IMG/VR virus record: IMGVR_UViG_3300045988_044516
Coordinates: 1 to 35,912 of that record
DNA: 35,912 bases
DNA from: a virus
Strand: one strand, 5' to 3'
Part shown: piece by piece, positions 6,279 to 13,625 of the stretch
Layout of the letters: each line of letters starts with the position of its first letter
Position numbering within the stretch: position 1 is the first letter of the stretch
Notes under the pieces: model-generated
What the model was told of the DNA's origin: nothing
The model's input: only the letters and a program-made list of their open reading frames with translations
Database searches by the model: none
Position numbers and translations under genes: made by a program

Positions 6279-7577
6279 TCAACGGATGGTGACGGACCAA
6301 CTGCCGGTCGCGTGGATCGTCATGACCGTTGCATCACGGTCAAGGCGGACGATCCCGCTGTAAGGGTCAGTGGTATTGACAAGCAGATCGTGGCCCTTGC
6401 CGTATGTCTCGACGCCGAAGTAGCCGGATGCCTGGTTGCCGCGGATATCTGCGGCGGTACAGTCGAGCGGGAGGAGAAGCACATCGTCGCCAATGCCGCT
6501 ATATCCTTCTCCCAAAGTCAGGAGCGGGCAGTCATAAAGCGAGCGGATCTTGACAGACCATGCGCCGGACGCCTTGACCTCAAGTGAGCGGGTATCCTGA
6601 CCGGGATCAAGAACATATCCGGAATAGGGATCCGTGGTGTTGACAAAAAGCTCTGTGCGATTTCCGTAGACGTCATAGCCGATGATGCCAAAATACTCCG
6701 AATTGCCATTGCCGGAGATCTCGAAATAGTAAAGCGAGTCAAACGGTTCGATGTCAAAATAGTCGTCGCTGGTTCCGGAGTAGACGATTGGGTCGGGAAG
6801 GACAAACGTGTCCTCGGATTTTCCCGTATCTTCGGACGAGGAAGAGACAGAAGCGGAGGAAGGAGGAACGGACGCTGCAACCGGAGCAGATCGATACAAG
6901 AAAAGTCCGTAAATCATAGCGGCAAGGCCGCAGAGCATGAGCAGTGCACATGGCCAGAACCACCAGCAGCGATATATAGGCTTATCGTTGACCGGCGCAT
7001 CGGACGGAGGAGTCTCCTGCCGCCCGGGCTCGGCATGGGGTGTATACTCGGGCGGCGGCTCTGGCTGGTCCCCGTCATCGCACGGCGTCTGCTGCCGAGG
7101 TGCGGAAAGCGAAGACCCGGCTGGCTGCTCCGGCTGCTTTTTTTCGGCCGCTGCTTGCGCAGCGAGCTTGGCAAAAGAAGCCTCACGCTCGGCGGTGGTG
7201 GGCTGCCGCCAGACTCTGACGTACAAGCGGGCACCGTACTTTTTATCCGGGAAATCGTCCTCCGGGCCACCATAGACATCACAGTCTTCACCGTCAACGA
7301 GATATCCGGCGGACTCCATTTCCGCGAGCTCCAGCGCAACGTCAGCTGGGACGTTTCCAGCCTCCCGGCCGTCAAAAAAGACACGGTATGCCGGGTTCCC
7401 ATCGAACTCATACCGCTCCAGGCCAACAATGACAGACTCAAATTCGGCTTGCTTTTTCGCGGCACGGCGGAGCGTAGCCTGACGGGATACGCCGGTGTCG
7501 CCGTTAAAAGAAGAACCGACGAGCTGGAAATCCCAAAGCTCAGTCCATGGGTTAGGATGCTCTTTGTTGATATACAT
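6279..7577 (-). CDS. Single-pass membrane protein: HIRAN-like cytoplasmic domain, Pro-rich linker, TM helix, Ser-rich linker, two tandem beta-rich extracellular repeats
   Basis: ATG at 7577 follows GAGGA. N-terminus reads FQLVGSSF...VGLERYEFDGNPAYRVFFDGREAGNVPADVALELAE. TM helix is WWFWPCALLMLCGLAAMIYGLFLY. The repeats share LFVNTTDPYSGYV / LLVNTTDPYSGIV and ASGAWSVKIR / ATGSWSVTIR. Confidence 0.8.
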   Translation of the reverse strand: MYINKEHPNPWTELWDFQLVGSSFNGDTGVSRQATLRRAAKKQAEFESVIVGLERYEFDGNPAYRVFFDGREAGNVPADVALELAEMESAGYLVDGEDCDVYGGPEDDFPDKKYGARLYVRVWRQPTTAEREASFAKLAAQAAAEKKQPEQPAGSSLSAPRQQTPCDDGDQPEPPPEYTPHAEPGRQETPPSDAPVNDKPIYRCWWFWPCALLMLCGLAAMIYGLFLYRSAPVAASVPPSSASVSSSSEDTGKSEDTFVLPDPIVYSGTSDDYFDIEPFDSLYYFEISGNGNSEYFGIIGYDVYGNRTELFVNTTDPYSGYVLDPGQDTRSLEVKASGAWSVKIRSLYDCPLLTLGEGYSGIGDDVLLLPLDCTAADIRGNQASGYFGVETYGKGHDLLVNTTDPYSGIVRLDRDATVMTIHATGSWSVTIR

Positions 7578-7623
7578 AGCTATCCTCACAAAAATATATG
7601 TAAATTTTTGTAGACTCTCATAA

Positions 7624-7652
7624 TTGTAATTAACGAACGTATGTTCTAATAT
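7624..7652 (+). promoter_or_regulatory. Candidate sigma-A promoter of a short plus-strand unit in the immunity region
   Basis: TTGTAA (7624-7629), 17-nt spacer, TAATAT (7647-7652). Confidence 0.45.
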
Positions 7653-7773
7653 AATCATGCGAGTCAGAAAAAGGAACCTACAAATATTGTAAGCCACCGC
7701 CGAGGAAAGCACAACCGGGAAAGTGAACAAAAAATGAACGGTCTTTTTGTGGAAGAATGGGGGAATGGATAGA

Positions 7774-7878
7774 ATGACGCGAAGTTTTTACCTGCAGGAC
7801 ATCCGCCGCATGCTGCGGCTTGCGACGACGGAACAACTCGATCTGGTCTGGCGCTTCCTGCGCGGACTGGTCGCATAG
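7774..7878 (+). CDS. Possible 34-aa small ORF (MTRSFYLQDIRRMLRLATTEQLDLVWRFLRGLVA)
   Basis: ATG lies 9 nt after GGGGGA. It sits between the candidate promoter and a terminator. Too short to judge whether it is coding. Confidence 0.3.
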   Translation: MTRSFYLQDIRRMLRLATTEQLDLVWRFLRGLVA

Positions 7879-7888
7879 AGAAAAAAGA

Positions 7889-7924
7889 GCCGAGGGCGGT
7901 CATCCGTCCTCGGCCATTTTTTTT
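7889..7924. terminator. Bidirectional terminator overlapping the repressor stop codon
   Basis: GCCGAGGGCGG-TCAT-CCGTCCTCGGC, followed by T8 on the plus strand (7917-7924) and CUCUUUUUUCUCU on the minus strand. Confidence 0.7.
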
Positions 7925-8274
7925 GCGATCTCGGCGAGCAGCTGCCATTCGTCAACGCTGAGCTTGCTGATGATCGATACAAACCGCTTGCGCGGCGAGT
8001 CGTCCGGGTCGTGCATGACGACGCCCATGAACTCGGCGATCTCCTGATTCCTCGTCAGCTTCTGCTTCATCTCGCCCTCGCCAGTGCGGAGCCAAGTCTC
8101 GCTCACGCCGTATTCACGGCAGATATCAGCGATTGTGCGATCACTTGGCTGCTTTGCACCGGAGCACAACGATGAGACGAACTGAGACGAGACGTGAAGA
8201 GATTCGGCAAACTTCGTCTTTGTAAAGCCAAGCTCTTTGATTAAGAAATCAATCCGCTGATTGATGGTTTCCAT
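7900..8274 (-). CDS. CI-like phage repressor (XRE-family HTH)
   Basis: 124 aa. IDFLIKELGFTKTKFAESLHVSSQFVSSLCSGAKQPS is the HTH. A strong SD (AAGGAGGG) precedes it, and it is divergent from the early operon. Confidence 0.9.
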   Translation of the reverse strand: METINQRIDFLIKELGFTKTKFAESLHVSSQFVSSLCSGAKQPSDRTIADICREYGVSETWLRTGEGEMKQKLTRNQEIAEFMGVVMHDPDDSPRKRFVSIISKLSVDEWQLLAEIAKKMAEDG

Positions 8275-8296
8275 TGTTATCCCTCCTTATGAAACT

Positions 8297-8325
8297 AGGT
8301 TACCACACGTAGGGACAAAAGTCAA
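8297..8325 (-). promoter_or_regulatory. Candidate repressor-maintenance promoter
   Basis: On the minus strand: TTGACT (8325-8320), 17-nt spacer, TAACCT (8302-8297), with a TGG extended -10. Confidence 0.4.
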
Positions 8326-8357
8326 GAAATAAATGAAACTTAGATTCAAAATAATGC

Positions 8358-8386
8358 TTGACAATGAAACTAAGGCGTGATAATAT
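8358..8386 (+). promoter_or_regulatory. Early (PR-like) promoter
   Basis: TTGACA (8358-8363), 17-nt spacer, TAATAT (8381-8386). Confidence 0.75.
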
Positions 8387-8430
8387 GAATCTAGGTTACA
8401 GAGAACAGAAACCAATGCGAGGTGAGAACA

Positions 8431-8577
8431 ATGTCCGAGAAGGAAAAGCAGGCAATCGAGAGCCTGAACAAGAGCACGGAAAAGCTGACGCCTGCGCAGA
8501 TGCAGCGTCTGAGCGATATCGCCTATGGTATGGCGCTGGCGAAGGAGAGCAAGAAAGACGAACGGAAGGAGGCGTGA
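8431..8577 (+). CDS. Small early protein (48 aa), first gene after the early promoter
   Basis: ATG follows GAGGTGAG. The protein is MSEKEKQAIESLNKSTEKLTPAQMQRLSDIAYGMALAKESKKDERKEA. It is below the ORF-track length cutoff. Confidence 0.6.
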   Translation: MSEKEKQAIESLNKSTEKLTPAQMQRLSDIAYGMALAKESKKDERKEA

Positions 8578-8580
8578 GCC

Positions 8581-9114
8581 GTGGCAAGCAAAAAGGTGGA
8601 GGACATTACCGATCTGATGCGAGAGACCGAAGCGCGGGTGACACCCGAGGAACAGAGATCGTGGATGTATCGGAACTGGAGCTACATGATGCGCCGGTGC
8701 TACCGGGATAAAGGCTATGAAGGGCGCAGCCCGAAAAAAGCGTACAAAAAAGCCGGGGTGACCGTCTGCGACGAATGGAAGGACTACTTCCGGTTTAAAA
8801 AATGGGCGCTGGCAAACGGCTACGACGAAGAGAGAAGCAACGGTGAAAACGTGGCAATGAGAATGTGCCCGGGCCGGATCGGCGACAAGGGGAATTTTGA
8901 ACCGGGGAACTTTGAGTGGATCACGCTCAACGAAGAGATCCGCAGATGGAACCACCCGAGTAAATGGAAAAGATTTTGGGCGCGAGTATCGCATGCCATG
9001 CGGGACGTGGGCAAGATGCTGCTGGGCATCATGCTTGCGCTGCTGCTGATATGCATAATGCTGATAGTTTTCGTTACTACTTGGGGAATAATCCGAGGAT
9101 TTCTAGGAAGCTGA
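8581..9114 (+). CDS. Putative DNA-binding protein (AP2/HNH-associated-like motif) with C-terminal TM helix
   Basis: GTG start lies 8 nt after GGAAGGAGG. Motifs: WSYMMRRCY...GVTVCDEWKDYFRFKKWALANGY...GNFEPGNFEWIT. The C-terminus is LLGIMLALLLICIMLIVFV. Confidence 0.75.
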   Translation: MASKKVEDITDLMRETEARVTPEEQRSWMYRNWSYMMRRCYRDKGYEGRSPKKAYKKAGVTVCDEWKDYFRFKKWALANGYDEERSNGENVAMRMCPGRIGDKGNFEPGNFEWITLNEEIRRWNHPSKWKRFWARVSHAMRDVGKMLLGIMLALLLICIMLIVFVTTWGIIRGFLGS

Positions 9115-9445
9115 GGGGACGACCAAAGATCTCAATACTGGAAAGCTGGAGCGCTCCAAGCGCAATCAACGCAGAAGCAAGAGCCAAGAACACGGAAATA
9201 ACGGAAATTACAACCGGGATAAGCCGGTAACGCCGATCTCGCCGGGATTCCTCAAAAGCAGCCTGCGAGCGGGTATCGAGGGAAACGGGGTCGTTATCAT
9301 CGAACGTGCAGCGGGCATCGAGCTTGAGATCGTCAAGCTCATCTTGCAGGGCGCTGTAATCTTCAAGGTGAAATTCTTTGAGGATTCTCTTGAGCGTCCA
9401 CTTGTTATCAATTTTTGTACAGATATCGTATTGCCTATTTGTCAT
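9077..9445 (-). CDS. Reverse-oriented membrane-anchored hypothetical protein (122 aa) inside the early operon
   Basis: ATG at 9445 follows GGAGG. The segment is AT-richer than its surroundings. C-terminal TM helix is LIPVVISVISVFLALASALIALGAL. The 3' end overlaps the 8581..9114 gene by 38 nt. Confidence 0.65.
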   Translation of the reverse strand: MTNRQYDICTKIDNKWTLKRILKEFHLEDYSALQDELDDLKLDARCTFDDNDPVSLDTRSQAAFEESRRDRRYRLIPVVISVISVFLALASALIALGALQLSSIEIFGRPLSFLEILGLFPK

Positions 9446-9464
9446 AAAATCGCCTCCGGCCAAT

Positions 9465-9493
9465 ATCTTACCACGCGGGCTGGGGTCGGACAA
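9465..9493 (-). promoter_or_regulatory. Candidate promoter of the reverse-oriented gene
   Basis: On the minus strand: TTGTCC (9493-9488), 17-nt spacer, TAAGAT (9470-9465), with a TG extended -10. Confidence 0.4.
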
Positions 9494-9552
9494 GAGCAAA
9501 AAGCGTAAAGCTGTAAAACCTGGAAAAACTAACGCCGGAAGGAGGCTGAACC

Positions 9553-9765
9553 ATGAGAAAGCCGTATGACCCGATCGCGGACGAAGAGCCGCACATCGTG
9601 GCCGAGTATCATTTTCCAAACTGCACGGCGTATATCGCCGACAACTACCTGCGCCGCCTGACGCCGGAGCAGAAAGAGGCCAACCGGCAGGCCGCCCGCC
9701 GCGTGGCGTGGCAGATCCTCGAGCGGGCCGCAGCCGAAGGGCGTCTGCCCGCGGCCAGCAATTAA
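9553..9765 (+). CDS. Hypothetical early protein (70 aa)
   Basis: ATG follows GGAAGGAGG. Confidence 0.75.
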   Translation: MRKPYDPIADEEPHIVAEYHFPNCTAYIADNYLRRLTPEQKEANRQAARRVAWQILERAAAEGRLPAASN

Positions 9766-9800
9766 ACGCGCCGCAAGGCGCGTACATAGGAGTCGATATT

Positions 9801-10052
9801 ATGGCGAAGGTAAAGACCTACACCCTGACGCTGGATGCGCAGGAGCTGCACGATCTGATCGAAGCGGCGATGGTGTGTGAGTGCCAGGCGGCGCAGATCA
9901 TAAACGGGCTGAAGCGCAAGGGGCTGGACCTGGACGCGCAGAAGCTCGTGACGCAAAACGCCCGTCTGGCGCGGCTCGTCAGGCGGATGCAGGAAGCAAA
10001 GGAGGATAAGCGGAATGCGGAAACTGATTCTCAGCGGAGACGATTGGTTTGA
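9801..10052 (+). CDS. Hypothetical early protein (83 aa)
   Basis: Internal ATG at 9801 follows TAGGAG. The protein starts MAKVKTYTLTLDAQEL. Confidence 0.7.
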   Translation: MAKVKTYTLTLDAQELHDLIEAAMVCECQAAQIINGLKRKGLDLDAQKLVTQNARLARLVRRMQEAKEDKRNAETDSQRRRLV

Positions 10053-10266
10053 GCTGAAGCACACGCTGGAGCTGCTTGTGATTGTGACAAACAACGCGGC
10101 GAATGAGCACGAGAACATGGCTGCACACGCGCAAGTGGCGGAATTGTCTGAACGGCATGCAAACCTCGCAAAACGCGCCAGGGAAAGGACGGAGACCTAC
10201 AAGCGGCTTATGGCACTGGTAGAATCGGCAGAACGCCTGCCGGAGACGAAGGAGGACGCAGAATGA
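10015..10266 (+). CDS. Hypothetical early protein (83 aa)
   Basis: ATG follows AAGGAGGA. Confidence 0.75.
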   Translation: MRKLILSGDDWFELKHTLELLVIVTNNAANEHENMAAHAQVAELSERHANLAKRARERTETYKRLMALVESAERLPETKEDAE

Positions 10267-10508
10267 GAACCAATCTTGCGGAACGGCTCGGGTATGAGCC
10301 GGAGGAAGAGACCAGAGAGCGGCAGGAGCGGCTGCTGGAGGAGCTGCGGTACCGGGAGGCCATGCGGCGGGTGGCGAAGACCTGCTGCGTGTGGCTGGGC
10401 GGCGCGGCCTTTGTGCTGGCGGTGATCGCCGGGTACGCAGAGATGACCGACGCCTGCGTCGCGACCGGCGCGATCGCGCTGGGCCTGACGACCTACGGGA
10501 TTCTGTGA
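10263..10508 (+). CDS. Small membrane protein (81 aa)
   Basis: ATG follows GAAGGAGGA. The C-terminal half is hydrophobic (CCVWLGGAAFVLAVIAGY...GAIALGLTTYGIL). Confidence 0.75.
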   Translation: MRTNLAERLGYEPEEETRERQERLLEELRYREAMRRVAKTCCVWLGGAAFVLAVIAGYAEMTDACVATGAIALGLTTYGIL

Positions 10509-10726
10509 TGGACGAAACGAAGATCACGGTCGAGCTCCGACCGGATCAGCTGGCAGACATCATCGACGCCGTTCTGGCTTTTGCCGATGACTGTGCCAAT
10601 GACCGGGAGATCCTGCAGAGCATGCCGCGCGTCGACCGGGACACGGTCGAAGACCTGCTGCAGCGCGAGACGGCGCTTCAAACGCTCGCGGCCTGGCTGC
10701 AGCATGTACAGGAGGAAGCGGAGTGA
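10508..10726 (+). CDS. Hypothetical early protein (72 aa)
   Basis: The ATG overlaps the previous stop (TGATG). The protein is acidic. Confidence 0.7.
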   Translation: MDETKITVELRPDQLADIIDAVLAFADDCANDREILQSMPRVDRDTVEDLLQRETALQTLAAWLQHVQEEAE

Positions 10727-10962
10727 ATTATTTTGCGCCGCGCATGCGGCCCATCCCGCCGCCCTGCGGCCGGAACTGCCCGGACCGAAGCGGCACATGC
10801 CGCGCCGGGTGCTGCACATGGACGCTCTACGAGAGCATCCGGAACCACATCTACGACGTAAACCACCGCGACAGGGACAGCCTGCAGCCCGACCTTGCAG
10901 CGGGAAAGCAGATGGTCCATGCCGATAACCAGATAAGGAGGCGCAAACACATTGCGAAATAG
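10723..10962 (+). CDS. Cys-rich small protein (79 aa)
   Basis: GTG start lies 7 nt after GGAGG. Contains CGRNCPDRSGTCRAGCCTW. Confidence 0.65.
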   Translation: MNYFAPRMRPIPPPCGRNCPDRSGTCRAGCCTWTLYESIRNHIYDVNHRDRDSLQPDLAAGKQMVHADNQIRRRKHIAK

Positions 10963-11215
10963 CATCGACTACCCCGGCGAGCGGGCGCCGCGGCGCCCCG
11001 CCGTGATCGCACAGGCCGGATACACCGGCCAGAACCACTTTTCCGTTACATATGGAGATCAGAAAGTGACCGTCCGCGCCGAGGATGGCTATGCGGCCCT
11101 TTTTACCGCCGCCAAGCACTGGGGCTATAAATTCACCCGCCCGGAGTACCATCAGAACGCCCGCGCAACCAAGCTCCACTACACGCCGGACACCCGGCCG
11201 GGGGCGCTGGTATGA
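10952..11215 (+). CDS. Hypothetical early protein (87 aa)
   Basis: TTG start lies 10 nt after AAGGAGG. Confidence 0.6.
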   Translation: MRNSIDYPGERAPRRPAVIAQAGYTGQNHFSVTYGDQKVTVRAEDGYAALFTAAKHWGYKFTRPEYHQNARATKLHYTPDTRPGALV

Positions 11216-12099
11216 GCGCGCAGGGGAAGCCGCTGCGCTGTGAGATCATCCACGATAATTTCCAGAATTACAAGAAATACAACGTGGCGAAAGCGCAGCT
11301 TGTGATCGCGGATATCCCATACAACATCGGCACGGACGCCTATGGCTCGAATCCCATGTGGTACAAGGGCGGAGACAACGCCAACGGAGAAAGCAAGCTC
11401 GCGAAAAGAGCTTTTTTCAATTCGGACGGTTATTTCAAGATCGCAGAGTATATGCACTTCTGTTCCCGGCTGCTGAGACCGGAGCCGAAGGAAAAGGGAA
11501 AAGCCCCGGCCATGATCGTATTTTGCGCGTTCGATCAGATACATACAGTCGCGGAATACGGCGCGCGGTACGGCTTTAAAAACTGGTATCCGCTTTTCTT
11601 CTGCAAGAATTATTCCGCGCAGGTGCTCAAAGCCAATATGCGGATTGTCGGCGCAACGGAATTCGCGGTCGTCCTGTACCGGGACAAGCTGCCGAAATTC
11701 AACAACGGGCGGCAGATCGGCGAGGACGGGAAGCCCATTCGGGGAACTGGGAAAATGGTGTTCGACTGGTTCCAGTGGGAGCGGGACGGGAAGGACATTC
11801 CGAAGATCCACCCCACGCAGAAGCCGGTGAAGGTGCTCCGACGTCTGATCGAGATATTTACGGATCCCGGCGAGCTGGTGATCGATCCGTGCTGCGGCTC
11901 CGGTTCGACGTTACGCGCAGCTGCGGAGGCAGGCAGAAGCGCAATCGGCTTTGAAATTGATAAGAGTTTCTATCTGGCCGCAAAAGAGAAAATGCTGGCT
12001 GGAGTACGGGAAGCACAGAAAACGGCCAGGGACGCTGGCAGCCAGATAACGATCGGCGAAATAGCAGAGGCTGCACAGCAAGGGGGGAGACCGGTATGA
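11212..12099 (+). CDS. DNA methyltransferase, beta-class N6A/N4C type
   Basis: Motif IV-like VIADIPYN lies N-terminal and motif I VIDPCCGSGSTLRAAAEAGRSAIGFEID lies C-terminal, which is the N6_N4_Mtase order. Confidence 0.9.
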   Translation: MSAQGKPLRCEIIHDNFQNYKKYNVAKAQLVIADIPYNIGTDAYGSNPMWYKGGDNANGESKLAKRAFFNSDGYFKIAEYMHFCSRLLRPEPKEKGKAPAMIVFCAFDQIHTVAEYGARYGFKNWYPLFFCKNYSAQVLKANMRIVGATEFAVVLYRDKLPKFNNGRQIGEDGKPIRGTGKMVFDWFQWERDGKDIPKIHPTQKPVKVLRRLIEIFTDPGELVIDPCCGSGSTLRAAAEAGRSAIGFEIDKSFYLAAKEKMLAGVREAQKTARDAGSQITIGEIAEAAQQGGRPV

Positions 12100-12287
12100 G
12101 GTTTGTGTGCGACGCCTGCCAGGATATCACGAACATCGAGGCCGACCGAATGGAGATCCAAGGCGACAAGCTGATGGTGTACAGCCGCGGGCGGCTGGTC
12201 TACGTTGCGGATCTGGGGCAGATCATGCTGGCCAAGCTTACGCCGGGGAGGGAGGACGGCAATGGACTTAGAACAAACCGCGATTGA
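12096..12287 (+). CDS. Hypothetical small protein (63 aa)
   Basis: ATG follows GGGGGGAGA and is coupled to the methyltransferase stop. It overlaps the next gene's start. Confidence 0.5.
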   Translation: MRFVCDACQDITNIEADRMEIQGDKLMVYSRGRLVYVADLGQIMLAKLTPGREDGNGLRTNRD

Positions 12288-13140
12288 GCGGCTGAAGATG
12301 GCCTCGGAGATGAGCTTGCGGCTGTACAAACAGCCGCTGGTGATCACGTACTCGGGCGGCAAGGACTCGGACGTGCTGCTGCATCTGGCGGAGGCAAGCG
12401 GGATCACGTTTGAGGTCCTACATAGTCTCACAACGGCGGACGCGCCGGAGACTGTCTGGCATGTGCGGGATACCTTCCGCCGCTTGGAGCTGGCTGGCGT
12501 AAAATGCGACATCGATACGCACCGGACGCCGGACGGCGGGAACGTGACGATGTGGAATCTGATCCCGCGTAATTCCGTGCCACCTACAAGAATCAGCAGA
12601 TATTGCTGCAGGGAACTGAAGGAAACCGGCGGAAAAGGACGTTTTATTGCGACGGGAGTCCGGTGGGCAGAGTCTGCAAGGCGGAAGCAATCACACGGCG
12701 TTATGGAAACTAGCCACAAGGACAAAGACAAGCGAATTATCCTGATGGACGACAACGACGAGCGGAGAATGCTCCTGGAAAACTGCCAGCTGAAAGCTCG
12801 ACGGACGGTAAACCCAATCATCGACTGGGCGGAATCTGACGTGTTGGACTACGCTTCTGCCGAAAAGATCTGCATGAATCCGCTGTATGAATGCGGATGG
12901 AAGCGCGTGGGGTGCATTGGGTGCCCAATGGCAGGGAAACACAGAAACACGGAGTTCTCGCGCTATCCAAAGATCAAGGCCGCGTATATCCGGGCGTTTG
13001 ACAGGATGCTTGCGAAACGGAAGAAGCGGGAGTCCTCGAACGACTGGCAGACCGGCGAGGACGTGATGCACTGGTGGATGGAAGATGGCGTTTTGCCGGG
13101 ACAAATGGTTCTTAAAGGAATGGAGGAGGACGCGCTATGA
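12262..13140 (+). CDS. Phosphoadenosine-phosphosulfate-reductase-family (PP-loop ATPase, DndC/IbrA-like) protein
   Basis: ATG at 12262 follows GGAGGGAGGA. PP-loop motif is VITYSGGKDSDVLL. A C-terminal Cys cluster reads CGWKRVGCIGCPM. Confidence 0.85.
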   Translation: MDLEQTAIERLKMASEMSLRLYKQPLVITYSGGKDSDVLLHLAEASGITFEVLHSLTTADAPETVWHVRDTFRRLELAGVKCDIDTHRTPDGGNVTMWNLIPRNSVPPTRISRYCCRELKETGGKGRFIATGVRWAESARRKQSHGVMETSHKDKDKRIILMDDNDERRMLLENCQLKARRTVNPIIDWAESDVLDYASAEKICMNPLYECGWKRVGCIGCPMAGKHRNTEFSRYPKIKAAYIRAFDRMLAKRKKRESSNDWQTGEDVMHWWMEDGVLPGQMVLKGMEEDAL

Positions 13141-13625
13141 CAGGCAAGAAAATCGTGCAGGCGCTGCGGTGCTGCGCAGAGGGCGAGTGCAAAGACTGCG
13201 CCATGCATGAGGATAAGCAGCGCTGCCAAGAGAATTTATTGGCCAAAGCCGCTGAAGCCATCGAGCGCCTGACCGCCGAGAACGCGGCGCTGCGGGAGAA
13301 ACAGAGGTGGATTCCAGTGGCGGAGCGGCTGCCGAAACCAGAGACAGATGTTTTGGCAGTCTGCAATCGAAACGGATACATTTTCGTGATACCGGCTATC
13401 TACGAGGACGGGAAGAAACTGACGCGGGACAGTGCGTGGAACTGGAGCGACATCTACTGCTATGGCCTGTACGACGAGGAGGCGAATGATTACTACATCC
13501 CGGAGGGATGGTGGGAGAACCGGCAGTTCAATCCCGATGATGTATATAACAATCCGGTAGACTGCGCAGTTACCCACTGGCTGCCGCTGCCGGAAGCGCC
13601 GGAGGAAGGAGACAAGCATGAGTAA
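13137..13625 (+). CDS. DUF551-domain protein
   Basis: WIPVAERLPKPETDVLAV...THWLPLPEAP is the characteristic DUF551 pattern. Confidence 0.8.
   Translation: MTGKKIVQALRCCAEGECKDCAMHEDKQRCQENLLAKAAEAIERLTAENAALREKQRWIPVAERLPKPETDVLAVCNRNGYIFVIPAIYEDGKKLTRDSAWNWSDIYCYGLYDEEANDYYIPEGWWENRQFNPDDVYNNPVDCAVTHWLPLPEAPEEGDKHE

Larger units (their letters stand above)
8289..8399. promoter_or_regulatory. Genetic-switch region with four 15-bp operator-like repeats
   Basis: ATGAAACTAGGTTAC (8289), ATGAAACTTAGATTC (8333), ATGAAACTAAGGCGT (8364) and ATGAATCTAGGTTAC (8385). They overlap both divergent promoters. Confidence 0.6.

Noticed and set aside
6279-7730. N-terminally extended versions of ORFs in the track: 6279-7730, 2346-3083, 1136-2011, 21193-22533, 26842-28875, 30942-32132 and 34739-35668.
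   Set aside because: In each case an internal start with a proper SD and spacing exists. The upstream extension overlaps the preceding gene or an AT-rich promoter region and has non-protein-like sequence.
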